Source: an uncultured Erysipelotrichaceae bacterium
GTDB lineage: Bacteria > Bacillota_I > Bacilli_A > RFN20 > CAG-826
DNA length: 62,173 nucleotides
Reading direction: 5' to 3'
Assembly: GCA_902800645.1 (NCBI GenBank)
Contig: CADCFC010000004.1
Coordinates: 1-62,173 of the forward strand
Positions within the stretch are counted from its first letter, which is position 1, and each line of letters starts with the position of its first letter. The notes beneath the pieces are model-generated. The model was not told the DNA's origin and did no database searches. It saw only the letters and a program-made list of their open reading frames with translations. The position numbers were made by a program, and so were the translations under genes. Below are positions 45,822 to 55,127 of the stretch, in pieces.

Positions 45822-47915
45822 ATGTTACCAAACTATAAAACGTCAGTTAAAAAAGTAGATAATGAAGACAAGATGTCAGGTCTTGCTATTTTTACTGGTG
45901 ACATCCAAATGGATGGGGCGTTATTTGCCTTACCAGTAAGAAGTACGATTTCCTATGGAAAGATAAAAGAGATTCATGTTCCAACTCTTCCAGAAGGATA
46001 TTATTTCATTTCTGCAAAAGATATCGTCAAAGAAAACGTCTGTAATATTATCGTTAGTGATTGGCCTGTTTTCGCTGATAAAGAAACTCACTATAAAGGT
46101 GAGACAATGGGTTTAATCATTGGACCTGATAAAGATGTTTGTATTGATTTAGTTAATAAGACATACGCTGATTATGAAGAATATGAACCAGTGTATGAAA
46201 TGAAGAACTCCTACGTTCATAAAGAATTTAAAAAAGGCGACCCTTCTTTATTTAATGGCGCCGCTAAAGTTTATTCAGAAGAATTTGAAACTGGTTATCA
46301 AGAACAAATCTATTTAGAGACACAAGCTATGCTTATGTATTTAGATGGGGACAAAATCACTGTTAAAGCATCAATGCAGTGTCCTTTCTATATTCATAAA
46401 GCAATTTGTAGAACTTTAGGATGTAAAGAAGACAAAGTCAGAGTAATTCAACCTGCAGTAGGTGGAGCTTTCGGTGGAAAAGAACATTATCCATCTTTGA
46501 TGGCAGCTCAACTAGCAACTGCAATTGTGAAGATTAAAAAACCACTCTTCATGTGCTTTGATCGTCATGAAGATATCACCTTCACCACTAAAAGACATCC
46601 AAGTAAAACTAATATCAGTGCATATTTAGATAAGAACAACGAAATTATTGGATTAAAGATTCATGTTGGAATTGATGGAGGAGCGTATATCGGCTGTTCC
46701 ATGGTCGTTCTTTCTAGAGCGTTAATCGCATGCACTAATACATATACATTCGCTAACCTTGAAGTTAGTGGAGATGCATATTGCACAAATAAGGTTCCTA
46801 GCGCTGCTTATCGTGGTTTTGGGTCTCCTCAATCAATATTTGCAATTGAGATGTTCATGAAGCATTTAGCGGGTTTCTTACGTGTGGATGCTCTTGAATT
46901 TAGAAATAAATACCTCGTTAAAACAGGTGATATAACTTGTACAAGCGGAGTGTTTAGAGATCCAATCATTTTAAAGCCACTCATGGATAAAGCGATGGAA
47001 ATGAGTGACTATAAACGCAAAAGAGAAGAATATTCTAAACCTGGTTCACTTAGAGGAATTGGTATTTCTACTTTCCTACATGGTTGTGGCTTTACGGGAA
47101 GTGGAGAAAGCACAATTATTAACGCTCAACTAAAGATTAAGAAAGATAAAAACGGTATAGTTACTTTCTATACTTCTCAAGTTGATTTTGGTCAAGGCAA
47201 TAGAACCACCTTAAAAAGAATTGTAGTTGATACTTTAGGTATTCCTGAAGATCACGTTATATATGACGCTCCTGATACTGATAAAACATTATCTACTGGT
47301 CCTACTGCTGCTAGTAGAACAATTATTATTGTTGGAGGCTTATGTGCCAAAGCAGCACAACATTTAAAAGAAATATGGGTTGATGGTGAAGAACAAGAAA
47401 TTGTTGAGCCATATGTCGGCCCAAGTTATATCAAATGGGATGAAGACACAATGCAAGGGGATGCTTATCCTGGCTATGCATGGGGTGTCAACATAGTTGA
47501 AGTTGAAGTTGATCCAGTTACTTATGAATTATCTATTTTAGGTACATGGTCAACATATGATGTTGGTCACGCGATTGATGAAAGAATATTAGTTGGTCAA
47601 GCAGATGGGGGCTTAGCGCAAGCCTTAGGTTGGGCCTATTTAGAAAACGAAGTAGCAGAAAATGGTGTATTTAAACAAACTAAAATGTCTGATTACGTCA
47701 TTCCTACTTCTTTAGATATGCCACATATGGAGACTGCATTTATTGATAATCCATTCCCATATGGCGCTTTCGGGGCTAAAGGTGCTGGTGAATTAACATT
47801 TGTTGGTGGTGCTCCTGCTTTAGCAGATGCATTAGAACAAGCAATTGGAAAGAAAGTTAATAAGATTCCAGCAACCCCAGAATTTATTATGGAGCTCATG
47901 AACGATGAAGATTAA
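45822..47915 (+). CDS. Molybdopterin-binding large subunit of a xanthine dehydrogenase family enzyme, set 2
   Basis: The motifs GGAFGGKE, AYRGFG and GAKGAGEL are present. The protein is 697 aa. Confidence 0.85.
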   Translation: MLPNYKTSVKKVDNEDKMSGLAIFTGDIQMDGALFALPVRSTISYGKIKEIHVPTLPEGYYFISAKDIVKENVCNIIVSDWPVFADKETHYKGETMGLIIGPDKDVCIDLVNKTYADYEEYEPVYEMKNSYVHKEFKKGDPSLFNGAAKVYSEEFETGYQEQIYLETQAMLMYLDGDKITVKASMQCPFYIHKAICRTLGCKEDKVRVIQPAVGGAFGGKEHYPSLMAAQLATAIVKIKKPLFMCFDRHEDITFTTKRHPSKTNISAYLDKNNEIIGLKIHVGIDGGAYIGCSMVVLSRALIACTNTYTFANLEVSGDAYCTNKVPSAAYRGFGSPQSIFAIEMFMKHLAGFLRVDALEFRNKYLVKTGDITCTSGVFRDPIILKPLMDKAMEMSDYKRKREEYSKPGSLRGIGISTFLHGCGFTGSGESTIINAQLKIKKDKNGIVTFYTSQVDFGQGNRTTLKRIVVDTLGIPEDHVIYDAPDTDKTLSTGPTAASRTIIIVGGLCAKAAQHLKEIWVDGEEQEIVEPYVGPSYIKWDEDTMQGDAYPGYAWGVNIVEVEVDPVTYELSILGTWSTYDVGHAIDERILVGQADGGLAQALGWAYLENEVAENGVFKQTKMSDYVIPTSLDMPHMETAFIDNPFPYGAFGAKGAGELTFVGGAPALADALEQAIGKKVNKIPATPEFIMELMNDED

Positions 47916-48372
47916 TTTTAAATTAAATGGTAGTAACGTAACTGTTGATGTAGTTCCGTCAAAACGCCTTTTAGATGTTTTAAGAGAAGATTTACATCTA
48001 ACCGGAACAAAAGAAGGATGCGGAGAAGGAGAATGTGGCGCTTGTACTGTTTTAGTGGATAATCGCCCAATTAATTCTTGTATTGCTCCAATTGCAAATA
48101 TTGCAAATAAAGAAGTAATTACTATTGAAGGATTTAGAGAAACTAAAGCGTATAGAGTTATCGCTGATGCTTTTGCAGATATGGGTGGAAGTCAATGTGG
48201 CTTCTGTACTCCTGGTATGATTTTAGCAACTTATGCAGTACTTAGAGATAACCCACATCCAACTGAAGAAGAAGCGAGAATTGCTCTTAGTGGGAACCTT
48301 TGTAGATGTACTGGATATCAAGCGATAGTTAACGCTGTACTTAAAGCTAGCGAGAAAGGAATTAAATTATGA
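47905..48372 (+). CDS. Molybdenum hydroxylase (2Fe-2S) subunit, set 2
   Basis: The cysteine clusters are CGEGECGAC...C and QCGFCTPG...CRCTGY. Confidence 0.9.
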   Translation: MKINFKLNGSNVTVDVVPSKRLLDVLREDLHLTGTKEGCGEGECGACTVLVDNRPINSCIAPIANIANKEVITIEGFRETKAYRVIADAFADMGGSQCGFCTPGMILATYAVLRDNPHPTEEEARIALSGNLCRCTGYQAIVNAVLKASEKGIKL

Positions 48373-49220
48373 TAAATCATTACGTTCCTACTAGTTTAAA
48401 TGACGCTCTTAAGTATTTATCTACTCATGATTGTTACATTATGAGTGGCGGCACTGATCTCATGGTGCAAAAACATGTTAGTTCGCTTGTTTTGCCAAGA
48501 TTTGATAAGGATGTTTTGTATGTTGGAGAACTAAAAGAACTCCAATATATTAAAGAAGATAAAGATGGGAACATTTTAATTGGTGCAGAAACTAAATATG
48601 CTGATTTATTGCTCTCTCCTATTGTTCCTGAAATCTATAAAACAGTTATTAAAGAAATAGCCTCTCCAAATATTAGAAATATGGCCACAATGGTAGGCAA
48701 TATTGGTAACGCTTCTCCCGCTGGAGATAGCTTAGTTCCACTCATCTTAAATGACGCTGAAGTTGTCTTAAAAAGTGTAAATGGAGAAAGAGTCTTAAAA
48801 GTATCTGAATATATTTTAGGCGTAAAGAAAACTGCGCGTAAAAATGATGAAATTATTGTGGAAATCAGACTTTTGAAGCAAAATTTACGCTATTTGTATA
48901 GAAAAGTTGGTGCGCGTAAAGCTGAATCAATTACTAAGGTTTCCTGTCTAGTTGGCTATCAAATAAAAGAAAAGAAGTTAATCGATTTTAGAGTGGCGTT
49001 TGGCTCTGTTGGTGTGACAATTATTAGAAATTTAGAAATTGAAAATAAATATAAAAATATAGAAGTTAAAGACCTTGATGTTGATCGCGTTATTAGTGAT
49101 TATTATCAACTTGTAACTCCGATTGATGATCAAAGGAGTAATAAAGAATATCGTCATAAGGTGGCGATGAATTTATTGAGAAAATTCTTACTTGAATTGA
49201 AAGGAGGAATTGATGAGTAA
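48369..49220 (+). CDS. Molybdenum hydroxylase FAD-binding subunit, set 2
   Basis: The motifs SGGTDL and ATMVGNIGNASPAGD are present. The protein is 283 aa. Confidence 0.8.
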   Translation: MINHYVPTSLNDALKYLSTHDCYIMSGGTDLMVQKHVSSLVLPRFDKDVLYVGELKELQYIKEDKDGNILIGAETKYADLLLSPIVPEIYKTVIKEIASPNIRNMATMVGNIGNASPAGDSLVPLILNDAEVVLKSVNGERVLKVSEYILGVKKTARKNDEIIVEIRLLKQNLRYLYRKVGARKAESITKVSCLVGYQIKEKKLIDFRVAFGSVGVTIIRNLEIENKYKNIEVKDLDVDRVISDYYQLVTPIDDQRSNKEYRHKVAMNLLRKFLLELKGGIDE

Positions 49221-50460
49221 TTTCATTCGTGGATATCGATGTACTGTATGTGGGCAATTCTTTGAAACAAAAGAGGCAATGATGACTTGCCCTCACTGTG
49301 GAGAAAAAGGAATTCTTGATGTTGAATTCGATTATGAAGCACTCAAGAAAGTTCTCACAAAAGAGTATTTCCAAAATAATCGAAACTACTCGATGTGGAG
49401 ATACGCTCCACTCATGGGAATTGAAGAAAATCACATCGATGAAATGCTTCGTATCGGATGGACTCCACTTGTTAAGTCATTTAACCTATCAAAGGAATTA
49501 GGACTTAAGGAACTCTATATCAAAGATGATGGTTTAAATCCTAGTGGAAGTAGTAAAGATAGAGCGAGCGGAGTTGCCGTTCTAAAAGCTATTGAAAGCG
49601 GCGCTAAAGTTATCGCGTGTTCTTCTACTGGTAACGCTGCGAGTAGCTGTGCATGTCACGCAGCACATATGGGTCTTCCTGCTGTTATCTTTGTTCCTAA
49701 AAGAGCGCCGATTGGAAAGTTGACTCAAATCTCTTTATATGGAGCAACATTAGTTGTTGTTGATGGAGACTATAAAGCTGCCTTCCGTTTATCAAAAGAA
49801 GCTATTAATAAATATGGTTGGTATAACCGTAATGCTGCAATTAATCCATTTATGGTTGAAGGAAAGAAAACTGTTTCCTTGGAAATTGCAGAACAACTTA
49901 ATTTTAAGCCCACTGATTGGGTGGTCGTCTCAGTTGGAGATGGATGTACCGTCGGTGGAGTTTATAAAGGATTCTATGAATTACATAAGTTAGGGCTTAT
50001 CGATAAAGTTCCTAAGATTCTTGGAGTTCAATCTGAAGGATGTGAACCATTCGTGAAAGCGAGTAGAGAAAACGCTCCGCTTGAAGAATGTGAAGAAAAC
50101 ACCTTAGCCGATAGTATCGCTGTTGGTATTCCTCGTAATCCTCTTAAAGCTCTTAGAGCGGTTGAAAACTCTAAAGGCAGTTGGATTAGTGTTCCTGATA
50201 CTGAAATCATTAATGCGATGGCTTTATTAGGAAAAAAAGAAGGCATATTTGGAGAACCTGCCGCTGTTACCTCTCTAGCGGGACTTATTAAAGCCCTTAA
50301 TGAAGGAATTATTAGTAAAGATGAAAGTGTAACAATCATCATTACTGGCAACGGTCTAAAAGATCCAAACAATGCCCAAAAGGCGATTAGTAAACCAGAA
50401 CTAATGGAGCCAAATATTAATAAGTTAGACATTTACTTAAAAGAAAAAGGAGTAATTTAA
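49213..50460 (+). CDS. Threonine synthase-like PLP (PALP fold) enzyme with an N-terminal zinc ribbon
   Basis: The start is ATG 49213 with AAGGAGG upstream. The zinc ribbon reads CTVCG...CPHCG. The PLP-Lys motif is NPSGSSKDR, and the glycine loop is SVGDGC. Confidence 0.7.
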   Translation: MSNFIRGYRCTVCGQFFETKEAMMTCPHCGEKGILDVEFDYEALKKVLTKEYFQNNRNYSMWRYAPLMGIEENHIDEMLRIGWTPLVKSFNLSKELGLKELYIKDDGLNPSGSSKDRASGVAVLKAIESGAKVIACSSTGNAASSCACHAAHMGLPAVIFVPKRAPIGKLTQISLYGATLVVVDGDYKAAFRLSKEAINKYGWYNRNAAINPFMVEGKKTVSLEIAEQLNFKPTDWVVVSVGDGCTVGGVYKGFYELHKLGLIDKVPKILGVQSEGCEPFVKASRENAPLEECEENTLADSIAVGIPRNPLKALRAVENSKGSWISVPDTEIINAMALLGKKEGIFGEPAAVTSLAGLIKALNEGIISKDESVTIIITGNGLKDPNNAQKAISKPELMEPNINKLDIYLKEKGVI

Positions 50461-50462
50461 AT

Positions 50463-51830
50463 ATGTCAAAAATCCCATTTGGTCCAACATATGACGAAAT
50501 GTTGAACCCAAACCATCAAGATCCAGAAGTTAGAAAGGCTGCTTTGAAAGCAAAGAAAGAGAACGAACTCGATCCAATCAACCTCTTTAACATCACATGG
50601 AAAAACGAGAATAATGAAGTTAACAAGATTGTTCTTCCTAAGGAAATCACTGGAGTAGATGCGAACATCGTCGTTCTTCTTGGTAAATATTTCCCAAGTG
50701 GAAGCCATAAAGTTGGCCCAGCTTATTCAACATTAATCGAAGGATGTGTTGATAAAGAAATCATCCCAGGAAAACACACTATTTTAGGACCAAGTACAGG
50801 TAACTTTGGTATCGGAGTTAGTTATATTACTAACTTAATGAAATATGATGCGATTGTTATCATGCCAGATAATATGTCCAAAGAGAGATATGAAAGAATC
50901 CAAAAATATGGCGCTAAACTCGATTTAACACCAGGCAGTGAAAGCGATGTCATTCTTACTCTTGAAAGAACATACGAGCTTAAGAAAGATCCAAAGAATA
51001 GAACTTTAGCCCAATTTGAATTATTACCAAACTATCGTTTCCATCGTCACGTGACTGGAAATAGCTGTATTGAAGCAGTTAAAGGAATTGGTAATGGTAG
51101 AGTCGCTGCCTTCTGCTCCGCTCCAGGTAGTGCTGGAACTTTAGCGGCAGGCGACCAAATTAAAGTTGCATTCCCAGAATGTAAGATTGTCGCTTTAGAA
51201 CCACATGAATGTTCAACCTTAACTAATGGTGGTCGTGGACAACATAGAATTGAGGGTATCGGAGATAAGATGTGTACCTTAATTCATAACGTCTTAACTA
51301 CTGACTTCATCACTCAAATCGTTGATGATGACTGCGTTAGAGGTCTTGAAGTAATTCATGAAGGCACTGATATTTTAGTGGCACATGGAGTGGATAAGAA
51401 AGTCGCAGAAAGCATGACTAACTTATTCGGTGTTTCTGGTATTTGTAATATCTTAGGCGCTATTAAGATGGCAAAATACCTCAAACTCGGACCAGATGAT
51501 AACGTTGTTACTATCGCTACTGATAGCTTTGATAGATATGATTCTGTTATCGCTAACTTAAAAGAAAGAGAACTCGAAGTTACTCCTAATGTTTTAGAGA
51601 GATGGTTTAATGATGTTTTCTTAGGCGCTGACACTAAAGGTATCCTAGATACTCGTGGAAAAGAAGCTAAAGAAAAACTCTTCTTACAAAAAGAGAAAGA
51701 CTGGTTACCATTCGGTTATTCCAAGAAATATCTCGATAGCATGAAAGAGATGTCCTTCTGGGAAAATGAATATAACAAGATTCATGAATATGATGAAAAG
51801 ATAAAAGCGCTTAGAGGAAAGGAAATTTAA
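50463..51830 (+). CDS. PALP-fold PLP-dependent enzyme, subfamily unclear
   Basis: The candidate PLP-Lys motif is [12 protein letters not shown], followed by GPSTGNFG. The protein is 455 aa with an extended C-terminus. Confidence 0.55.
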   Translation: MSKIPFGPTYDEMLNPNHQDPEVRKAALKAKKENELDPINLFNITWKNENNEVNKIVLPKEITGVDANIVVLLGKYFPSGSHKVGPAYSTLIEGCVDKEIIPGKHTILGPSTGNFGIGVSYITNLMKYDAIVIMPDNMSKERYERIQKYGAKLDLTPGSESDVILTLERTYELKKDPKNRTLAQFELLPNYRFHRHVTGNSCIEAVKGIGNGRVAAFCSAPGSAGTLAAGDQIKVAFPECKIVALEPHECSTLTNGGRGQHRIEGIGDKMCTLIHNVLTTDFITQIVDDDCVRGLEVIHEGTDILVAHGVDKKVAESMTNLFGVSGICNILGAIKMAKYLKLGPDDNVVTIATDSFDRYDSVIANLKERELEVTPNVLERWFNDVFLGADTKGILDTRGKEAKEKLFLQKEKDWLPFGYSKKYLDSMKEMSFWENEYNKIHEYDEKIKALRGKEI

Positions 51831-51834
51831 GATA

Positions 51835-53049
51835 ATGAAAGTACCTTTTGAGCAAGTATTGGCAAAGGCTGAGTCCTATAAAAAGGACATGGTCAAATTT
51901 CTTCGCGATATGGTAGCGATTCCTTCTGAATCATGTCAAGAAAGAGAAGTAGTCCTACGTATTAAAGAAGAAATGGAAAAAGTCGGCTTTGATAAAGTCG
52001 TCATCGACCAAATGGGTAACATCTTAGGATATGTTGGCCATGGAAGTCATTTAATTGGTATGGACGCCCATATCGATACAGTCGGAATTGGAGAAATCAA
52101 AAACTGGACATTTGATCCATATAAAGGTTTCGAAGATGATGTCTATATCGGTGGAAGAGGCACAAGTGACCAAGAAGGTGGTATGGCATCGATGGTCTAC
52201 GCTGCAAAAATCATTAAAGATTTACATTTAGAAGATGATTACACTTTAGTGATTACCGGAACAGTTCAAGAAGAAGATTGTGATGGACTTTGTTGGCAAT
52301 ACATCATTGAAGAAGATAAGTTAAGACCAGAATTTGTTGTTTCAACTGAACCAACAAGCTGCCGTATCTATCGCGGACATAGAGGAAGAATGGAAATTAA
52401 AGTTTCTGTTAGAGGTATCTCTTGTCACGGTTCCGCTCCCGAAAGAGGAGATAACGCAATCTATAAGATGGCACCAATCATTGAGCAAGTTAAAGAACTT
52501 AATGAAAAAGGCTTAGCGTATGATCCATTTTTAGGAAAAGGAACAGTCACTATAAGTGAAATCTTCCATAAATCCCCATCTAGATGCGCAGTTGCAGATG
52601 GATGCTGGATCTCTTTAGATAGAAGATTAACAGTGGGTGAAAACGATAAGACCTCAATCGCGGAAATTGAAGCTCTTCCAGGAGTTAAAGCCGCTAACGC
52701 TAAAGTTGAGATGTATCGCTATGAAAGAGCGAGCTACACTGGTTTACTTTATCCAACCGAATGCTATTTCCCAACTTGGGTAATTCCAGAAGAAAGTATC
52801 TTTGTTCAATCGATGAAACAAGGCTATGAAGGTTTATTCAAGAAAGAACCTGTAATTGATAAATGGACATTCTCCACTAATGGAGTGTCGATTATGGGAA
52901 GATATGGTATTCCTTGTATCGGATTTGGACCTGGCGACGAAAAAGAAGCACACGCACCAAATGAAAAGACGAGAAAACAAGACCTCGTCATCTGTGCGGC
53001 TTTATATGCAGTTATGCCACTTCTCTATTTAGAGAATTTAAAGAAATAA
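51835..53049 (+). CDS. ygeY: YgeY family M20 peptidase/amidohydrolase
   Basis: The N-terminus [34 protein letters not shown] closely matches E. coli YgeY as I recall it. M20 metal motifs are present. Confidence 0.85.
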   Translation: MKVPFEQVLAKAESYKKDMVKFLRDMVAIPSESCQEREVVLRIKEEMEKVGFDKVVIDQMGNILGYVGHGSHLIGMDAHIDTVGIGEIKNWTFDPYKGFEDDVYIGGRGTSDQEGGMASMVYAAKIIKDLHLEDDYTLVITGTVQEEDCDGLCWQYIIEEDKLRPEFVVSTEPTSCRIYRGHRGRMEIKVSVRGISCHGSAPERGDNAIYKMAPIIEQVKELNEKGLAYDPFLGKGTVTISEIFHKSPSRCAVADGCWISLDRRLTVGENDKTSIAEIEALPGVKAANAKVEMYRYERASYTGLLYPTECYFPTWVIPEESIFVQSMKQGYEGLFKKEPVIDKWTFSTNGVSIMGRYGIPCIGFGPGDEKEAHAPNEKTRKQDLVICAALYAVMPLLYLENLKK

Positions 53050-53071
53050 TTTAGGAGATAAATAATTAACT

Positions 53072-54082
53072 ATGGAAAAAATTGCACCAAGATTTGCAGG
53101 TAGACACCTCATTACTCTTGAAGATTTCACAAAAGAAGAAATCGATTACATGCTCAAAGTATCTCGTGATTTAAAAGATGCTTTCTACAGAAACGAACCA
53201 ACTGATTGGTTAACAAACAAAACTGGATTCTTAATGTTCTTTGAACAATCAACAAGAACCAGAAACTCATTTGAAAGTGGTATGGCTCAACTTGGAGGAC
53301 ATGCGACCTTCTTAGACACCTCAATGATGCAAATCGCTCACGGAGAAAGCGCGAAAGACACCGCGGTTATCCTTTCAAGTTTCGGCCATATGATCGCTTG
53401 TAGATATTGTAACTGGGGACTCGGAAATAAATATATTCGTGAAATGGCGAAATGGTCCACGGTCCCAATCATCAACTTACAATGTGACTTATATCACCCA
53501 ATGCAAGCTCTTGCAGACTTAATGACCATCGAAGATGAATTCGGACACACTGAACATCTTAAGGTTTCTGTTATTTGGGCGATGGCGACTACTCATAAAA
53601 AACCAATTTCAGTACCAGTTTCTCAAGTCTTACTCTTCCCAAGATATGGAATCGATGTCACTCTTGCTTATCCTGAAGGATATGATTTACCAGATTGGGT
53701 TATTGAAAAAGCGAGAAAGAACGCTGCTGAACACGGTGGTAGCTTAACTATCACTCATGATATGGACGCTGCTTATAAAGACGCAGATGTTGTCTTCCCA
53801 AAGAACTGGGGTAGCTGGGTTACTAACCAATCTACAACTGTTGTTGATGACGCTTTACTTGCTCTTAAAGCATGGAAATGTACTCCAGACAAGATGGCGT
53901 TAGCAAAACCAACATGTAGATATATGCACGCTCTTCCTGCTGATAGAGTTAACGAAGTCGTTGATGAAGTTATCGACGGACCACAATCAGTTGTTTATCA
54001 AGAAGCGGAAAATAGAATCCACACTGCAAAAGCAGTTATGGCGTTATTCGTTCACGATAAACTTCCTAGCGATAGACGCTAA
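53072..54082 (+). CDS. ygeW: YgeW-like carbamoyltransferase
   Basis: Carbamoyl-phosphate binding motifs STRTR, HPMQ and HALP are present. YgeW-like segments include IAHGES, NLQCDLYHP, GIDVTLAYPEGYDLP and DADVVFPKNW. The ornithine-site DxxSMG motif is absent. Confidence 0.8.
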   Translation: MEKIAPRFAGRHLITLEDFTKEEIDYMLKVSRDLKDAFYRNEPTDWLTNKTGFLMFFEQSTRTRNSFESGMAQLGGHATFLDTSMMQIAHGESAKDTAVILSSFGHMIACRYCNWGLGNKYIREMAKWSTVPIINLQCDLYHPMQALADLMTIEDEFGHTEHLKVSVIWAMATTHKKPISVPVSQVLLFPRYGIDVTLAYPEGYDLPDWVIEKARKNAAEHGGSLTITHDMDAAYKDADVVFPKNWGSWVTNQSTTVVDDALLALKAWKCTPDKMALAKPTCRYMHALPADRVNEVVDEVIDGPQSVVYQEAENRIHTAKAVMALFVHDKLPSDRR

Positions 54083-54102
54083 TAGTTATTAAATACATAA
54101 AT

Positions 54103-54129
54103 GGGCAGAATTAATTTCTGTCCTTTTTT
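54103..54129 (+). terminator. Intrinsic terminator ending the Mo-hydroxylase operon
   Basis: GGGCAGAA/TTCTGTCC stem, a 5-nt loop and a T6 run. Confidence 0.65.
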
Positions 54130-54212
54130 GTTACATGTAAATATGTGAGCAATTGATTTTACTTACTATAGATTAATCTATACAATGTAGATAAGAATTT
54201 GGAGATGTAATC

Positions 54213-54722
54213 ATGGATAATATTGAGACAATCTTAACTCGTAAATCAGTTAGAGACTTCGCTAGTAAAGAAGTAGAAAAAGAAAAGATTGATCTACTTT
54301 TAAAAGGAGCGATGGCTTCTCCTAGTGCGATGAATAGACAACCATGGAAATTTGTCGTAGTTACGAATAAAGATAAGATTGAAGAGATTAAGAAGGCTAT
54401 GCCTTTTGGAAAACATAACGCTCCATTAATCATTGTTCCTTGCATTGATGAAATCGCTGCAAGTTTATTAAATAAAGGATTAGCGGCATGTGATTTAGCT
54501 GCTAGTAGCGAGAATATCCTTTTAATGGCACATTCTTTATCGTTAGGAGCGGTGTGGTGTGCGATATATCCAAATAAGATGCAAATTAAAAAGATGAGAA
54601 AAGTGTTAGGACTAAGTCTTACATTATCTCCATTCTCTTGTATTTATATCGGTTATCCTTCCGATAGCGATAAATCAAAAGTTAAGGATAAATTTAAGGA
54701 GAAAAATATCATTAGGATTTAA
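54213..54722 (+). CDS. Nitroreductase family protein
   Basis: The N-terminus is ILTRKSVRDF...AMASPSAMNRQPW. The protein is 169 aa. Confidence 0.8.
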   Translation: MDNIETILTRKSVRDFASKEVEKEKIDLLLKGAMASPSAMNRQPWKFVVVTNKDKIEEIKKAMPFGKHNAPLIIVPCIDEIAASLLNKGLAACDLAASSENILLMAHSLSLGAVWCAIYPNKMQIKKMRKVLGLSLTLSPFSCIYIGYPSDSDKSKVKDKFKEKNIIRI

Positions 54723-54726
54723 ATTT

Positions 54727-55083
54727 ATGAGAATAGCGGTTACGTACGATTTTGATAGTGGAAATGTATTTCAACATTTCGGACAAACAGAGTGTTTTCT
54801 ACTAGTAGAAGTAGATGAAACAAAAAACATTAAAAGTGAGATGGTAGTGAACACTGGAAGAGCGTCACATTCTGCGCTTGTCCCATTTTTAAAAGACTTA
54901 GAAGTCGATGTCCTCCTTTGTGGCGGGCTTGGAAATCATGCGATTAACTTTTTAAAAGAAGCAGGAATAAGAGTCTATCCAGGAGTGATAGGAAAAGCTA
55001 GAGAAAAAGTAGTGGATTATCTTAATGATAATTTAGCATTTAATCCTGATGTAGTCCATGAATGTGACTGTCATCACCATTAA
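54727..55083 (+). CDS. NifB/NifX-like (dinitrogenase FeMo-cofactor binding domain) protein with a Cys/His tail
   Basis: The pattern is MRIAVT...FGQTECFLLVEV...VDVLLCGGLG..A...L...GI. The C-terminus is HECDCHHH. Confidence 0.7.
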   Translation: MRIAVTYDFDSGNVFQHFGQTECFLLVEVDETKNIKSEMVVNTGRASHSALVPFLKDLEVDVLLCGGLGNHAINFLKEAGIRVYPGVIGKAREKVVDYLNDNLAFNPDVVHECDCHHH

Positions 55084-55114
55084 TTTTTTAGTTTCTTAAA
55101 AACTAGAAAATAGA

Positions 55115-55120
55115 TATAAT
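55115..55120 (+). promoter_or_regulatory. -10 box (TATAAT) 7 nt upstream of ATG 55128
   Basis: There is no SD, which suggests a leaderless start. Confidence 0.3.
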
Positions 55121-55127
55121 TTTTAGC

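Noticed and set aside
37981-54082. Selenocysteine recoding (in-frame TGA) in the Mo-hydroxylase operon
   Set aside because: All genes are continuous ORFs of family-typical length with no split at TGA. Selenium in this enzyme class is a labile cofactor ligand and not Sec.
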